From an uncultured delta proteobacterium (GTDB taxonomy: Bacteria > Desulfobacterota > Syntrophobacteria > Syntrophobacterales > Syntrophobacteraceae), in contig CAWEHK010000025.1 in the NCBI GenBank assembly GCA_963808625.1, positions 32,001 to 96,000 of the forward strand: a stretch of 64,000 nucleotides of DNA, in the 5' to 3' direction. Of this stretch, positions 12,144 to 22,756 are shown piece after piece (the first letter of the stretch is position 1; each line of letters opens with the position of its first letter). The notes under the pieces were generated by a model, which was not told the origin of the DNA, did not search any database, and saw only the letters and a program-made list of their open reading frames with translations. A program made the position numbers and the translations under genes.

Positions 12144-14225
12144 TTATTCTGTGGAGCTGTACTTAGAGGAGTCCAGGGTTCGCTGCAATTCCTCGAGATC
12201 GGTTATCGGACTGCGGCAGGCCCGGTCCTGACAGAGGTAAACCGTCGGCTGACGGTCGCCTGGCCGCAGATTCTCGGTATATGGGGCCAACGCAGCCAGT
12301 TTCCCGGCATCGTCCTCCCTTCCGCGAAACATCAAAACCCGATTGGGCAGGAACGCCGTATGCACGGCCGCAACCATTTTCCGCGTCGTTTCCTCATCGG
12401 GGTCTCCGGCAATCACGATTTCCTGGCCGGGCCCCAGCGCAAAGTCCACCGCGTTGAGGAATTGCGTGTACGCGGAAGGGAAGTCCGAAACGAGGTGGAA
12501 AAAGGCCCTGAATAAGCGCTCGGCCTTTTCCTCCCAGGCCGGTATTCCCCGTCATCCGGGCCAGGCGCAGGAGATTCAGCGCCGCGATGGAATTGCTCGA
12601 GGGCACGGCGCCGTCATAGATTTCCTTGTCCCGCACAATCAACTGCTCTCCGTCATGAGCCGTATAATAGAAACCACCCTCCTGCTCATCCCAAAAGAGC
12701 TCGAGCATCAGTTGTTGAATGCGGAGCGCCTCCTCAAGATAACGCACCTCGAATGCCGATTCATAAAGCTCAATGAGGCCCCATACCAGGAACGCGTAAT
12801 CATCCGCACAGCCCGGGTGGGCCACATCCCCATGGCGGTAGCGCCGAAAGAGCTTACCGGAATCCCGGCGCAACGAACCGAGGATGAAATCCGCTGCGCG
12901 CACCGCAGCCTGAAGGTGGCGAGGGTCGTGCAAGGCCTGATAACCCTTTGCCAGGGCCGCGATCATGAGTCCATTCCAGGACGTCAGAATTTTGTCATCC
13001 TTCAGGGGATGAAGGCGTTGCTCCCGCGCGGCGAAAAGCTTCCTGTTTGCTTCTTCGAGGACGCTGCCGAGTTTTTCCGCATCCATCCCGACCTCCCACT
13101 GCCCCGCGGCAAAAGGCCTCAGGACATGGGCAATACTCAGGCCGTCTTCAAAGTTTCCTTCCGGGCTGATGTCATAGAAGCGGCAATAGATCTTACCTGC
13201 CTCTTCCCCCAGAACAGCTTTGACCTCTTCCGGCTTCCAGACATAAAAGAGACCTTCTTTCCCTTCGCTGTCTGCATCCTCTGCCGAGTAGAACCCTCCC
13301 AGGGGGTCCGTCATATCACGGAGCACATATTCGATAACCTCCCGGCAAGCCTTCTCATAGGCCGGCTTCCGGGTGACTTGAAAAGCCTCCGCGTAGACCA
13401 TGGCAAGCATCGCCTGATCGTAGAGCATCTTCTCGAAATGCGGCACGAGCCACCTTTCGTCCACGGAATAGCGATGGAATCCGAAACCGACCTGATCGAA
13501 AATCCCTCCATGATGCATGGCGTCAAGGGTTTTTTCCACCATCGCAAGCGCTTCCGATCCGGGGTTGCGGCGGTGCCATCGCAAAAGGAAGGTAAGGTGA
13601 TGCGGACTGGGGAATTTCGGGGCCGGGCCAAAGCCGCCCCACCGCGAATCATACCTCGTACGGAGCTGTTTGTAACCCGTGTCGAGATCCGTTGAACCGA
13701 AGACTCCTCTCCAGTTGCCTGCGACTTTTTCGGCTGGATCGCCTTCGTGATCTCTTCGCCTGCTTGAAGTACCTTGGCGCGTTGGTTCTGCCAAACGTGG
13801 GCCAATTGCAGGATGATGTCGATCAGGCCGGGCATCCCCTGCCGGGCGGACTTCGGGAAATAGCTGCCGGCGAAGAAGGGCTTCCGGTCAGGAGTCATGA
13901 AGATGGACAGCGGCCAGCCTCCACTTCCTCTAAGCGCCTGGCATACCGCCATATAGATATGATCGACATCGGGACGTTCTTCCCGATCTACCTTTATCGA
14001 CACGAAATAGCGGTTGAGGAGCTCCGCTACTCCTTCATCTTCAAATGATTCTCGCTCCATGACATGGCACCAGTGGCAGGTGGCATAGCCAATGGAGAGG
14101 AAGATGGGTTTGTCTTCGGCTGCCGCTCTCTGAAATGCCTCTTCTCCCCAGGGGAACCAATCCACGGGATTGTTGGCATGCTGCAACAGATAGGGGCTCT
14201 TTTCCCGGCTGAGACGATTGGGCAT
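12144..14225 (-). CDS. YyaL/SSP411-like thioredoxin-domain protein (frameshifted)
   Basis: [52 protein letters not shown] and [11 protein letters not shown] motifs. Confidence 0.92.
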
Positions 14226-14379
14226 GGCATCCACTCCTTTCAACGTCAACGAGCTCCAATGAAAAAATGGAGGGGCAGAGCTTTGTTTCCCTTCCCTCCT
14301 CCAGGGTTTCCGCTCAGAAAGGATGGGTAAGCAGGCTGGACGGCTGCCGAAATGCCATGCTGCCCAAATATGGAAGGTC

Positions 14380-14583
14380 CTAGCGTGGGTCCCTGCCGGT
14401 GCCGGAACCCTCTAAAGTGCACTTCGAAAAATCGATTTCCTTACCACATCCCTTGCAGATATGCGCTTTATTGAATTCGTCGGAAAAAATTTCCTTTTCT
14501 TTTCCACATTCCGGACATTTGCACACAAACGATTGCAGATCTTTAAAGCTCTCCCACCCCGGGCAATGTGCAGGTGTTTTCAT
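14380..14583 (-). CDS. Small Cys-rich putative zinc-binding protein
   Basis: HCPG, CPECG and CKGCG motifs; RBS GGAGG. Confidence 0.7.
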   Translation of the reverse strand: MKTPAHCPGWESFKDLQSFVCKCPECGKEKEIFSDEFNKAHICKGCGKEIDFSKCTLEGSGTGRDPR

Positions 14584-14660
14584 CGTTCCCTCCCTTTTCG
14601 ATCTCGCCGTCTATGACCCGCTTCCAATAACACAAACTCCCCCATGCCCCCTGGGGACAA

Positions 14661-14852
14661 TCAGTCAGACCCCTCTTCTTGGATGGTCAGTTTGCCCTTG
14701 TGCCTGGTACCGCAACTGGGACAAAGGATTTCCACTTCCTGCTCGGGACCGACGTATTTCTCCTTCATGGTCTCCGGCGCAATGAACGATACATCCCCAC
14801 ACGCGCATTGAGGACACTCACCGTGGACAATGTGTCTTTCCCTCTTCGCCAT
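14661..14852 (-). CDS. Small zinc-ribbon-like protein
   Basis: CPQC and CPSCG motifs; RBS GGAG. Confidence 0.7.
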   Translation of the reverse strand: MAKRERHIVHGECPQCACGDVSFIAPETMKEKYVGPEQEVEILCPSCGTRHKGKLTIQEEGSD

Positions 14853-14915
14853 TGGTCTCCCCCCATATGAATCAGCAATGCCCTGTTCTCTGGTTCAGCT
14901 CTTGTGTCTCTCAAA

Positions 14916-14988
14916 CTCAACCATCAACCTTCACCATCAACTATCAACCATCAACCATCAACCATCAACCATCAACCATCAACCATCA
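14916..14988 (+). repeat. Heptamer tandem array (TCAACCA)n
   Basis: About ten direct copies. Confidence 0.92.
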
Positions 14989-14992
14989 CCCC

Positions 14993-15604
14993 CTAGCTCT
15001 TGAGTTTCTCGAGCTCGTGGACCAGCCCTTCCAGGTTCGGTCGGTCGTTGATGTCATGCACATCCACATAGCGGATGATGCCCTGCTTATCGACAATAAA
15101 AACGGCCCGCTCGGAGGTGCCGTTCGAACGCAGGACGCCGTATTTGCCTGCGACTTCTCCGTGCGGCCAAAAATCGGAGAGCACCGCGAACCACACCCCG
15201 CCCATTTGCTGAGTCCAGGCGAAGAGGGTGGGAATGTTATCCACGGTAATGCCCAGAATGACGGCGTCATTCTGCTCGAACAAGCTTTTTGCGATGTTGT
15301 ATCCCGGCCATTGTTCCGAACAAACAGGAGTCCACGCTGCGGGGACAAAGGAGATTACCACATTTTTCTTTCCCAGGAACTGACTGAGCGAAACCGTCTC
15401 CCCGGAAAGTGACGGCAGGCTGAAGTCCGGAGCTTTGTCTCCGGCCTTGAGCTTAGGCTGACTGTCTAAGGGTTTTAACTCTCCCACCGCATAGGTCCGC
15501 CCTTCGAACTGGGCCGAAGCACCAAACGCCGTAGCTGCGGACCACACGAGGGCAAGCAAAACAACCGCTCCGGCAAACCCAAGGGATGCTCTTCTTGTCA
15601 CCAT
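14993..15604 (-). CDS. Exported AhpC/TSA-family peroxiredoxin-like redoxin
   Basis: Signal peptide; GDKAPDFSL, PAAWTPVC and ERAVFIVDKQG motifs. Confidence 0.88.
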   Translation of the reverse strand: MVTRRASLGFAGAVVLLALVWSAATAFGASAQFEGRTYAVGELKPLDSQPKLKAGDKAPDFSLPSLSGETVSLSQFLGKKNVVISFVPAAWTPVCSEQWPGYNIAKSLFEQNDAVILGITVDNIPTLFAWTQQMGGVWFAVLSDFWPHGEVAGKYGVLRSNGTSERAVFIVDKQGIIRYVDVHDINDRPNLEGLVHELEKLKS

Positions 15605-15607
15605 CGG

Positions 15608-16240
15608 CTAGGCTCCTTTCTTCATTCCCGATTCTTTAGTGATTAGCTCCAGAAAACTGCGGGGCTCGCCAAACGTTCCCAGTTTTGAATAGATGACCTT
15701 GTGGGAGCCGTCCTGGTTAATCTTGATCACGATGAAATAAGGGGTATTGACCTTTCCCAGGGCGCTATGGATCGAAGAGTCAGGGTCTGGAAAGTGGGGA
15801 AAGGGCATGGCGTAGGCATTCCGGTAGGTGTTGACTTCAAACATGGAATTGCTGGCTCCGATCCCGATCATTTTGATGCGCCCCTTCAGGTCCTCGTTCT
15901 GGTTGATCATGCCGTAGAGCGCCTTCACATTGGGAGCTTCCTTCTGGCAAAACGGGCAATACATACTGAAGATCTCGATGATGACCACCTCGGCCTGGAT
16001 CTTCGGGATCGTGAAGGTCCCTGTGCCGCTTAATCCGAGATATTGCTGCTCTTCCGGCTTTTCCGGGATCGGGAGGCTGATATCCGGGAGCACTCCCCCT
16101 TCCGGCGGGGGCGCATCTGCCGCCTGACAAGGCGGAGTCTGACCGCCGAACCCGCCAACCATGAGCATCAAACAGAACACCATCAAAATCGCTTTCGGCA
16201 TGAGTACGCGTTTCAATGTCATAAACGGTGATCCTTTCAC
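15608..16240 (-). CDS. Exported TlpA/thioredoxin-like disulfide reductase
   Basis: Signal peptide; IEIFSMYCPFCQKEAP and TPYF motifs. Confidence 0.85.
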   Translation of the reverse strand: MKGSPFMTLKRVLMPKAILMVFCLMLMVGGFGGQTPPCQAADAPPPEGGVLPDISLPIPEKPEEQQYLGLSGTGTFTIPKIQAEVVIIEIFSMYCPFCQKEAPNVKALYGMINQNEDLKGRIKMIGIGASNSMFEVNTYRNAYAMPFPHFPDPDSSIHSALGKVNTPYFIVIKINQDGSHKVIYSKLGTFGEPRSFLELITKESGMKKGA

Positions 16241-16337
16241 TTATTGAATTCAAGGAGGATGAGCGGGACTTTTTCGCTCGAGTCTGCTCATCCTACCATT
16301 GACGGCCAGGCGTGGCAAGGACGCAAAGCTGCTCCCA

Positions 16338-16883
16338 TTATGCCCCCGCTCCCGCACCATCCAGTATCTGGTGGCCCTTTTCGAGGAACCAGTTCTCGGT
16401 GTCTTCATAATAGAACTTCAAATCCGCAAGCATCCAGTGATGTTGCCTTTCTTCAGCAATCAGGCGCTCGAGAAAGTTGCGTTCCACGGGGTCCGTCGCT
16501 CCCGCGAAATGTTTGTCGAAGAGCTCAATCGCCTCGTTTTCGAGCAACATCCCCGTCTGGATAGCAGCAAGGTCGTCAAGACAGTCTTTTCGAGCTCTCC
16601 CGCGTTCTTCAGCGATTTTTCTCAAAAAAGTCTTCTTTTCGTCCACTTTGAATTCATGGAACTGGCAGGCATCGGCTGGGACCTTTCCCTTTTTCGCCTC
16701 TTCATAGGCTGAATTGATACGCCCAAGCTGGTCCTCCTCGGCAACTTTCAGCATGCGGAAAGTTTCTTTGCCAACCGCATCCGGGCAATTCTCCGTTGCC
16801 TCATCATAGAAGGCCTTTTTCTTCTCCTTCAAGGCGATGGCGGCGCAAAAAATATCCAGGGTTTTGTCTTGTACATTACTCAT
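16338..16883 (-). CDS. Ferritin-like / rubrerythrin-family protein
   Basis: Repeated helical pattern A...E.....FY, L...E and EERQH. Confidence 0.75.
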   Translation of the reverse strand: MSNVQDKTLDIFCAAIALKEKKKAFYDEATENCPDAVGKETFRMLKVAEEDQLGRINSAYEEAKKGKVPADACQFHEFKVDEKKTFLRKIAEERGRARKDCLDDLAAIQTGMLLENEAIELFDKHFAGATDPVERNFLERLIAEERQHHWMLADLKFYYEDTENWFLEKGHQILDGAGAGA

Positions 16884-17068
16884 GTCAGGCTCCTTCGTAT
16901 CTCGGGTGTTTGAGATGGTTTCGAGTTCTAAAAAACTTGGTGTCTAAAGTATAAGGACGCCCCAGGGAGTTGTCTAGAAACGGCCAGCAAGGAAACGATG
17001 CACTTGAAGCGAACACGAAGTCGATGATTGCTAAAGAGGGGAGAAGACCGAGGACAATCCCGGCATGT

Positions 17069-18022
17069 TCACGATTGACGAGGCATAGAGTGCAAGCCTT
17101 CGCTAAGAATTGCTTTTGCTTTTTCCACATCCTTGGCGATCTGCACGGCTAATTCATCCGGCCCGGAAAAGCGTTTTTCGTCCCGCAATCGTTCGATAAA
17201 ACGCACCCTGATGGACCTGTCATAAATGTTCTCCTGGAAATCAAAAACAAAGACTTCAACGCTCAGTTCGGTCCCCCCAAAGGTCGGGTTGTACCCGACA
17301 TTCGCGGCGCCGCCATAGGTCCTTTGGTCTATTTCCACTTCCACCGCGTAAACTCCGGGTTTCGGAGGGGCCTGACCGGACAGGCTGATATTGGCGGTAG
17401 GGAACCCGAGCAGCCGCCCGCCTCGTTGATGACCCGGCACGACCAACCCTGCGACTTCGTAAGGCCGACCCAGAAGTCGGTTTGCTTCCCGCAAATTCCC
17501 CTCCTGGATGAACTGGCGAATCAGGGTGCTGCTCACCACCGTCCCATCCATTTCCACGCCGGAAACCGTTTCCACGCGGAAGCCGTACTGCTCCCCCATC
17601 CTTTGCAGAAACTCGGTATCCCCCTCACGGCCAGAGCCGAACCGGTAATCTTCGCCAACAATGATCGCCTTGGGCCCGATCTTGCCGACCAGGAGGGTCT
17701 TCACGAAATCGCCTGCAGACATCTGCGCAAACTTCCTGCTAAAGGGGACCACGACGGCGACATCAATGCCGCACAAGGCGATCAATTCCAGCTTTCGTTC
17801 ATGCGGGGTGATGAAAGGCGGTCCCTGTCCGGGCGCCAGGACCTGAAGGGGATGCGGATGAAAAGTGATGACCACGGACTCACCGCTGAGCGTTGCAGCC
17901 CATTCCCTGGCTTTCTGAAAAAGGGTCTGATGGCCGCGATGAACACCATCAAAGTTGCCGATGGTGAGCACCGGATTTTTAAGAGATCTTCGAATATTTT
18001 CAATGCCCTCAAAAACTTCCAT
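17069..18022 (-). CDS. ribF: Bifunctional riboflavin kinase/FAD synthetase
   Basis: IGNFDGVHRGH, VSSTLIR, LGFPTAN and GYNPTF motifs. Confidence 0.97.
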   Translation of the reverse strand: MEVFEGIENIRRSLKNPVLTIGNFDGVHRGHQTLFQKAREWAATLSGESVVITFHPHPLQVLAPGQGPPFITPHERKLELIALCGIDVAVVVPFSRKFAQMSAGDFVKTLLVGKIGPKAIIVGEDYRFGSGREGDTEFLQRMGEQYGFRVETVSGVEMDGTVVSSTLIRQFIQEGNLREANRLLGRPYEVAGLVVPGHQRGGRLLGFPTANISLSGQAPPKPGVYAVEVEIDQRTYGGAANVGYNPTFGGTELSVEVFVFDFQENIYDRSIRVRFIERLRDEKRFSGPDELAVQIAKDVEKAKAILSEGLHSMPRQS

Positions 18023-18119
18023 GCGAGGCTGGTGCTCCTCTGTTGAGAAAAAATAGACCTTGACACTAAAACCTTTTTAACATACGTTACGCACCTCTTG
18101 ATTGCAACGATTTTTGTTT

Positions 18120-18206
18120 GCCGAAGTGGCGGAACTGGTAGACGCGCTAGGTTCAGGGTCTAGTGGGCGTACGCCTGTCGGGGTTCGAGTCCCCGCTTCG
18201 GCACCA
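18120..18206 (+). tRNA. tRNA-Leu (anticodon CAG)
   Basis: Acceptor stem GCCGAAG/CTTCGGC, D-loop GGAACTGGTAGAC, anticodon arm CTAGG-TTCAGGG-TCTAG, long variable arm, GGTTCGAGTCC, encoded CCA. Confidence 0.97.
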
Positions 18207-18215
18207 GAATAAAAC

Positions 18216-18248
18216 AAGGGGTTAGCCAGAGAGTGCTAACCCCTTTTT
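18216..18248 (+). terminator. Terminator hairpin after the tRNA
   Basis: 11-bp stem AAGGGGTTAGC/GCTAACCCCTT with T-run. Confidence 0.75.
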
Positions 18249-18508
18249 GCTTGCGCCAAGAGCTGCGTGCATGTCGCGTCCGCGCCTGTCAGGGCGGACG
18301 CATGAGCGTTACACGCGGGACTCCATTAAAAAAACGATCGCAGATCACATACGGACTTGAGCCTCCTCAAGCTCGGTCTGTCGTTGATCGACTTCTTGTT
18401 CACCAAGCGGATTGCCAACCCCCGTCGGCTCTTTGGCACCTTCGACCATCTAAAAACCGTCAGGGAGTGAAAACCGCCACAACGGAGGGTTGGCGGGTCG
18501 AGCACCAA

Positions 18509-18580
18509 GTATTCCCCACGGGCGTGGGGATGAACCACGTTATATGGTGCTGAAGGGGCGTAACCATGTGCATTCCCCAC
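18509..18580 (+). CRISPR. Orphan type I-E-like mini-array: one repeat, one 32-nt spacer, one truncated repeat
   Basis: GTATTCCCCACGGGCGTGGGGATGAACCA (29 nt, CCCCAC/GTGGGG hairpin); GCATTCCCCAC starts exactly 61 nt later; no cas genes in the window. Confidence 0.7.
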
Positions 18581-18599
18581 CAACCTGGATTATGCAAGG

Positions 18600-19122
18600 C
18601 TAATCTATGCGTGCCCGCAAGCCCAATACCCCGGAAACATAATTGATTGGAGCGTGGTCGGCTAAGTCCCGCAGAAACACAGTGCCAGGCAAAAAGGAAT
18701 GGTGGATGAGATACCAAGCCGCCGCTTTATGACGATCAGCATTGATTGTGTCGTCAGTTGGCGATTCCAGTAGCTGGCCATTTCTGTCTACAAGGTGTAA
18801 GAACAAAGTTGGCATCGGTGAATAGATCTGAAGGATCATCCAGCTCCGTTCCACGAAAGGCGACTACCGCCAGATTGTTCTCCTGCTTGCTGGCAATAAA
18901 CACCGGTGTTCCCCTGTTGCCATAGCCAAGAGCCAGACCTTGATGAAACCCAACCTGGCCAAGATATTGTGCTAAAAGCCTCTCATCTTTGACATAGGCA
19001 AGGCGTGACATCTCAGCGCACAGAGCAGCGTCGGTCGAAATAGAGCCAAGTTCGAAGAAATTGTCCGCCTCACCGGGATGATAAAGCGACTTGCGGCTTG
19101 GATCGTAAGGTATGGACAACAT
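18600..19122 (-). pseudogene. Class 3 lipase-like gene, N-terminal fragment
   Basis: AEMSRLAY and VVAFRGTE...DLFTD motifs; no GxSxG motif follows, frame breaks. Confidence 0.65.
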
Positions 19123-19418
19123 CTTCCTCTCCTCGTTAAGGTTTGACTGCTTATGGAGTGACGAAAGAGCTCATGGGGCAAGCTCACAATCAGTGAAAAA
19201 AGAGCAGCCAAAAAACCAGTGCGAGATGCTGCGCTGATTTTCCCGCATCTCGATGGTTATTGCAACATCTCTCCACGCAGTTGGCGTGATTAGAAGCGTT
19301 ACCGGGGTCAGTTTGAGGAAGGTTCAAAAAAGATCGGCTGAGGAGTCAGAAAAACTTCGGGACATGGCGAATGAAATGTATTAGTAGAGTATGGGAAACC
19401 ATCAAATAGGAGGGCTCC

Positions 19419-20720
19419 ATGCCGGAGAACCAAGGAAAGCTGGAGCGACTTCTGAGCGCCCATCCCGAACTGAGGGAAAGAACGGAGAGTCTGCTGGAGA
19501 TGGTCATCGACTCAAAGGGGGAGTTGGACCGTGCTGATGACGTAGAGGAAGCATTAATTTCGGGATTGCAGCAGATGGGCAAGGAATTGTTGAGCAGTTG
19601 GGCCGAGGAGAAGGAATCCCAGAAGGTAGCCCAATTCCAGGAAGGGGAGAGCAAGGTAAAGAAACACGGTAAAAAAAAGTCCAGTGGTACACGACCTATG
19701 GCGAGATTGAGTTGAGGGAGCGTTGCTTTATTCGAGATGGGAAGCTGGAGCGGCCTTTTTCCTACAGTGCGCAAGTTCACACGAGGGGGTATTCGCTGCC
19801 ATTGCAGCGACGGATCACTGACTTTGGTGCAGATGATTCCTTTGGCAAGATCAGTAAGAAACTACAGGAACATTATGGAATCAGTGTACCGGTGAGCTCG
19901 GCACGCGTGGTAACGCTCAGACACACCGAGCAGATGCGAGAAACAGAAAAGGTGCGAACAGATATTCCTAAGCTCAAGGGCGTTGAGTGTGTGATTGGTG
20001 AGACAGATGGGAGCATGATCCCGATTGTGGACAACACTCCGGAGCCTTCTCCAGAAGGTCGTGTGGATCGGCGCAAAACGAAACAGCTTCGGTGGCAAAA
20101 AGCGTGCCTTACCGTGGCCCATGCGCAAGGCGCGGTGACTTCCTTCTTTGGGGCTACGATGGGAAGCTGTGATGAAGCGGGCAACCGTTTGGTTCACTGT
20201 GCCATCCTCACAGGCATGGGTCAGGAAACGATTGTGTGGGTGATGGTGCTCCATGGATAGCAGAGCAGGTGAATCGAGTATTCGGCCCCAGGGAGACTAT
20301 CTCATTGATTTCTATCATCTGTGTGAATATTTGAGGGAGGCTGCCCACAGTTGTGCTCCTCCAGTCCAGCGACAGGGATGGATTGAGCAACAGAAAACAG
20401 CCGCAAGAGAAAGCCGTATTACCGATATCCTTGCTGCCTTGGAACCACACTCGGAACCCGAATCCGTTTCTAACAAAGATGCTCCGGTACGTTCAGCTTA
20501 TCGCTGCATCAAAAATCGTCTCGATCAGTTTGACTACAAGAGCGCACAAGAAGCCGGGCTTCCAATTGGCTCAGGTGAAGTTGAAGGGGGCCATCGGTCC
20601 GTCATCCAAGAAAGGCTCAAAATCTCTGCCGCATGGTGGAAGGAGGGCAATACTGATCACATGCTAGCTCTTCGAACCCTTCGAGCCAACGAGGACTGGG
20701 ATCGGCACTGGCAAGGCTAA
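19419..20720 (+). mobile_element. ISKra4/ISLre2-like (IS256-related) transposase, split
   Basis: ETDGSMIP, DGAPW, LIDFYHLCEYL and LPIGSGEVEGGHRSVIQERLK...WW motifs; A8G slippery site at 19671-19679. Confidence 0.85.
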
Positions 20721-21362
20721 AAATCACCTCAAAGAATAATGCGCCAGTATTTTTAATCGCACCCGAATGCAATTGCTCCAGCCGCCCGTCAGAATATCCT
20801 CAAAATACCCAGAAATACACCAAAATACCCGCAAAGTACCTTTGACAAATGTTTGCGACTGATGTATTGGGGTGGCGAAATGATGTGGGAAGTCAGGACA
20901 GCCTCAGATGCCCGCAGGACAGGTCGCCCGATGGCCTCACTGACTCCACCATCTTTGCACAGTGTCTTGCTCTACTCAAACGATAGAATCTCCAGTTCTC
21001 CGAAAGATAATTGTACACACTCCAAGTGAACCATAACGTGGAGTGGTCTCCTTTTTGCGGGTGCTCAAAGATAGTGCTGGGCATTGCAGTTCACAAGAAT
21101 CAGATTTCTTAGATATTTTCTTAGATATTTTGTAGGTGCCAGGCAACTAAATCGGAAGGTGCATGCTGAGAGCCTGGACACTTTTTAAGGTTGTACTAAT
21201 GGTCCGCCAAAGCTGATCTATAGCGCCGAATAGACGATAGGCTCGTTTATTAGGTGTAAGAAATGAAAAAAGGAAAAAGAGATTCGGTGTGCACAGGAGG
21301 CAAGTATCGCTGCTGATCGTGAATTTGGTTTCTCTGCCGATCGGGCTTTCGGAGTTTCCATC

Positions 21363-21728
21363 ATGAACCCTTCGCCATGTTTGGTTGTTATTGCCATGTG
21401 CTGTACCCTCGCGGGGTGTGCCGTTCACTACTCGGACTCTTCAACCGGGGCGGAACATATCTGGGGATTTGGGCACATGGTTATGAAGGCGACGGTCCCG
21501 AATGAGGGCAAGAAGGCAATCGTTCGAGGCGTCAGCCTTTTCGGAGTCGGACTCGGGGTGGAGGAAGGTTCGCCCTTTCTCATCCTGGGGTGGGAGGAAA
21601 GGCAACGGGTGGATATCGTGGATGAGAACACAACGATTTCACTGGATGGTTTCCACAATGATTTTCTAAGACTTCGGATCGGCAGCAAATTTCCCAGCAC
21701 TGACGTCCCAGCAAAGGAGGAGCAATGA
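21363..21728 (+). CDS. Putative lipoprotein, unknown function
   Basis: Hydrophobic leader with lipobox LAGC; overlaps the start of the next gene. Confidence 0.65.
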   Translation: MNPSPCLVVIAMCCTLAGCAVHYSDSSTGAEHIWGFGHMVMKATVPNEGKKAIVRGVSLFGVGLGVEEGSPFLILGWEERQRVDIVDENTTISLDGFHNDFLRLRIGSKFPSTDVPAKEEQ

Positions 21729-22513
21729 TGCGTCTATTCTTGAGGTTTGTGATGCTCTTGACGCTGTGCGCTCTGCAGAACGCCTGCACGCTTGGCTACA
21801 ACCGCATGTTGTTCATGACCAAGACCAACGTTGGTCTGGATGTGGACTCAAGGCCACCAACGGCCGAGGTGTCGATAGCCCGTCGCGAGGGATTCATCGG
21901 GCCGAGTTTTGAAGAAGGAAAAGCTTTACCAGTATTCGGGGGCTTTCGTCTTGAAGGCAATTGGTTCTCGCCGAAGATTTCGGGCGCTTTTGCCGGTGGC
22001 AAGGCGGCCATCGCACTTGCGAGATTTTTTGACGATAATACAACGGACGACAACACAACAAGGATATACGTAGAGAAACTAGAAGACAAAATATGCCTGA
22101 GCCAAAAACCTGCCAATTGGAACCCAGGAATCCTCAATGAAGAAGGTTTTGATGCGCGCCCCTTCTTCTTCGCCACGGACACCACATTTGGTCTTAAGGT
22201 TGCGTGGTCTGGAGCGAGTGAGGCTGTCCCTGATTCGTTCAAAATGGGCTACAATCGGAAGGAATTCGCCTATGCTCCGGTTTTCGGGCGGCAAGGTAAT
22301 AGTGGCAAGAACGAACAGTGCGGGTCCAATGAGTACCAGATAAACATTCCTTCGTTCATTGCCACCATCCAGAATGACGTAACCATTGCTACACTTGTAG
22401 CCAGTAACCTGATACATGTTCAATTCTTCGCTACCGGTGAAGCCGCAGTCCAATTATCGGCCAGACCCAAGATCCGTAAATGGTTCGCCCGCCCGCTAAA
22501 CCCTAACCCTTAA
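21725..22513 (+). CDS. Putative lipoprotein, unknown function
   Basis: RBS AAGGAGG; hydrophobic leader ending LQNAC; 262 aa. Confidence 0.7.
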   Translation: MMRLFLRFVMLLTLCALQNACTLGYNRMLFMTKTNVGLDVDSRPPTAEVSIARREGFIGPSFEEGKALPVFGGFRLEGNWFSPKISGAFAGGKAAIALARFFDDNTTDDNTTRIYVEKLEDKICLSQKPANWNPGILNEEGFDARPFFFATDTTFGLKVAWSGASEAVPDSFKMGYNRKEFAYAPVFGRQGNSGKNEQCGSNEYQINIPSFIATIQNDVTIATLVASNLIHVQFFATGEAAVQLSARPKIRKWFARPLNPNP

Positions 22514-22548
22514 GGGCAAATTTGATGTTGGCGACGAAACCTTCACTT

Positions 22549-22726
22549 AGAGGGTGTCTAAAGACCCTCAACAAATGGCTTTGCGATGACTGCCGTGTCG
22601 CATGCAAGATTCCAAAATCGTCATTCCCGCGATGTTTTTGGCGGGAATCCAGGTGCTTTTTGTTCCCTGAACCCCCGCCGGAAGCATGCGGGGGTGACGG
22701 CTGGATGGCCTTTTTAGACAAGCTCT
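22549..22726. mobile_element. TIR-bounded element enclosing a GTCATTCCCG-type REP
   Basis: AGAGGGTGTCTAAA ... TTTAGACAAGCTCT. Confidence 0.6.
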
Positions 22727-22756
22727 TAAGCCGCAATCTGGAAGGAGCCGTATCCT

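Noticed and set aside
14993..16240. Selenocysteine recoding in the redoxin genes
   Set aside because: Active-site positions are ordinary Cys codons and there is no in-frame TGA.
20800..21130. Short direct repeats (AAATACC-like; TTCTTAGATATTTT twice)
   Set aside because: Few copies and AT-rich. They could be operators but nothing supports a call.
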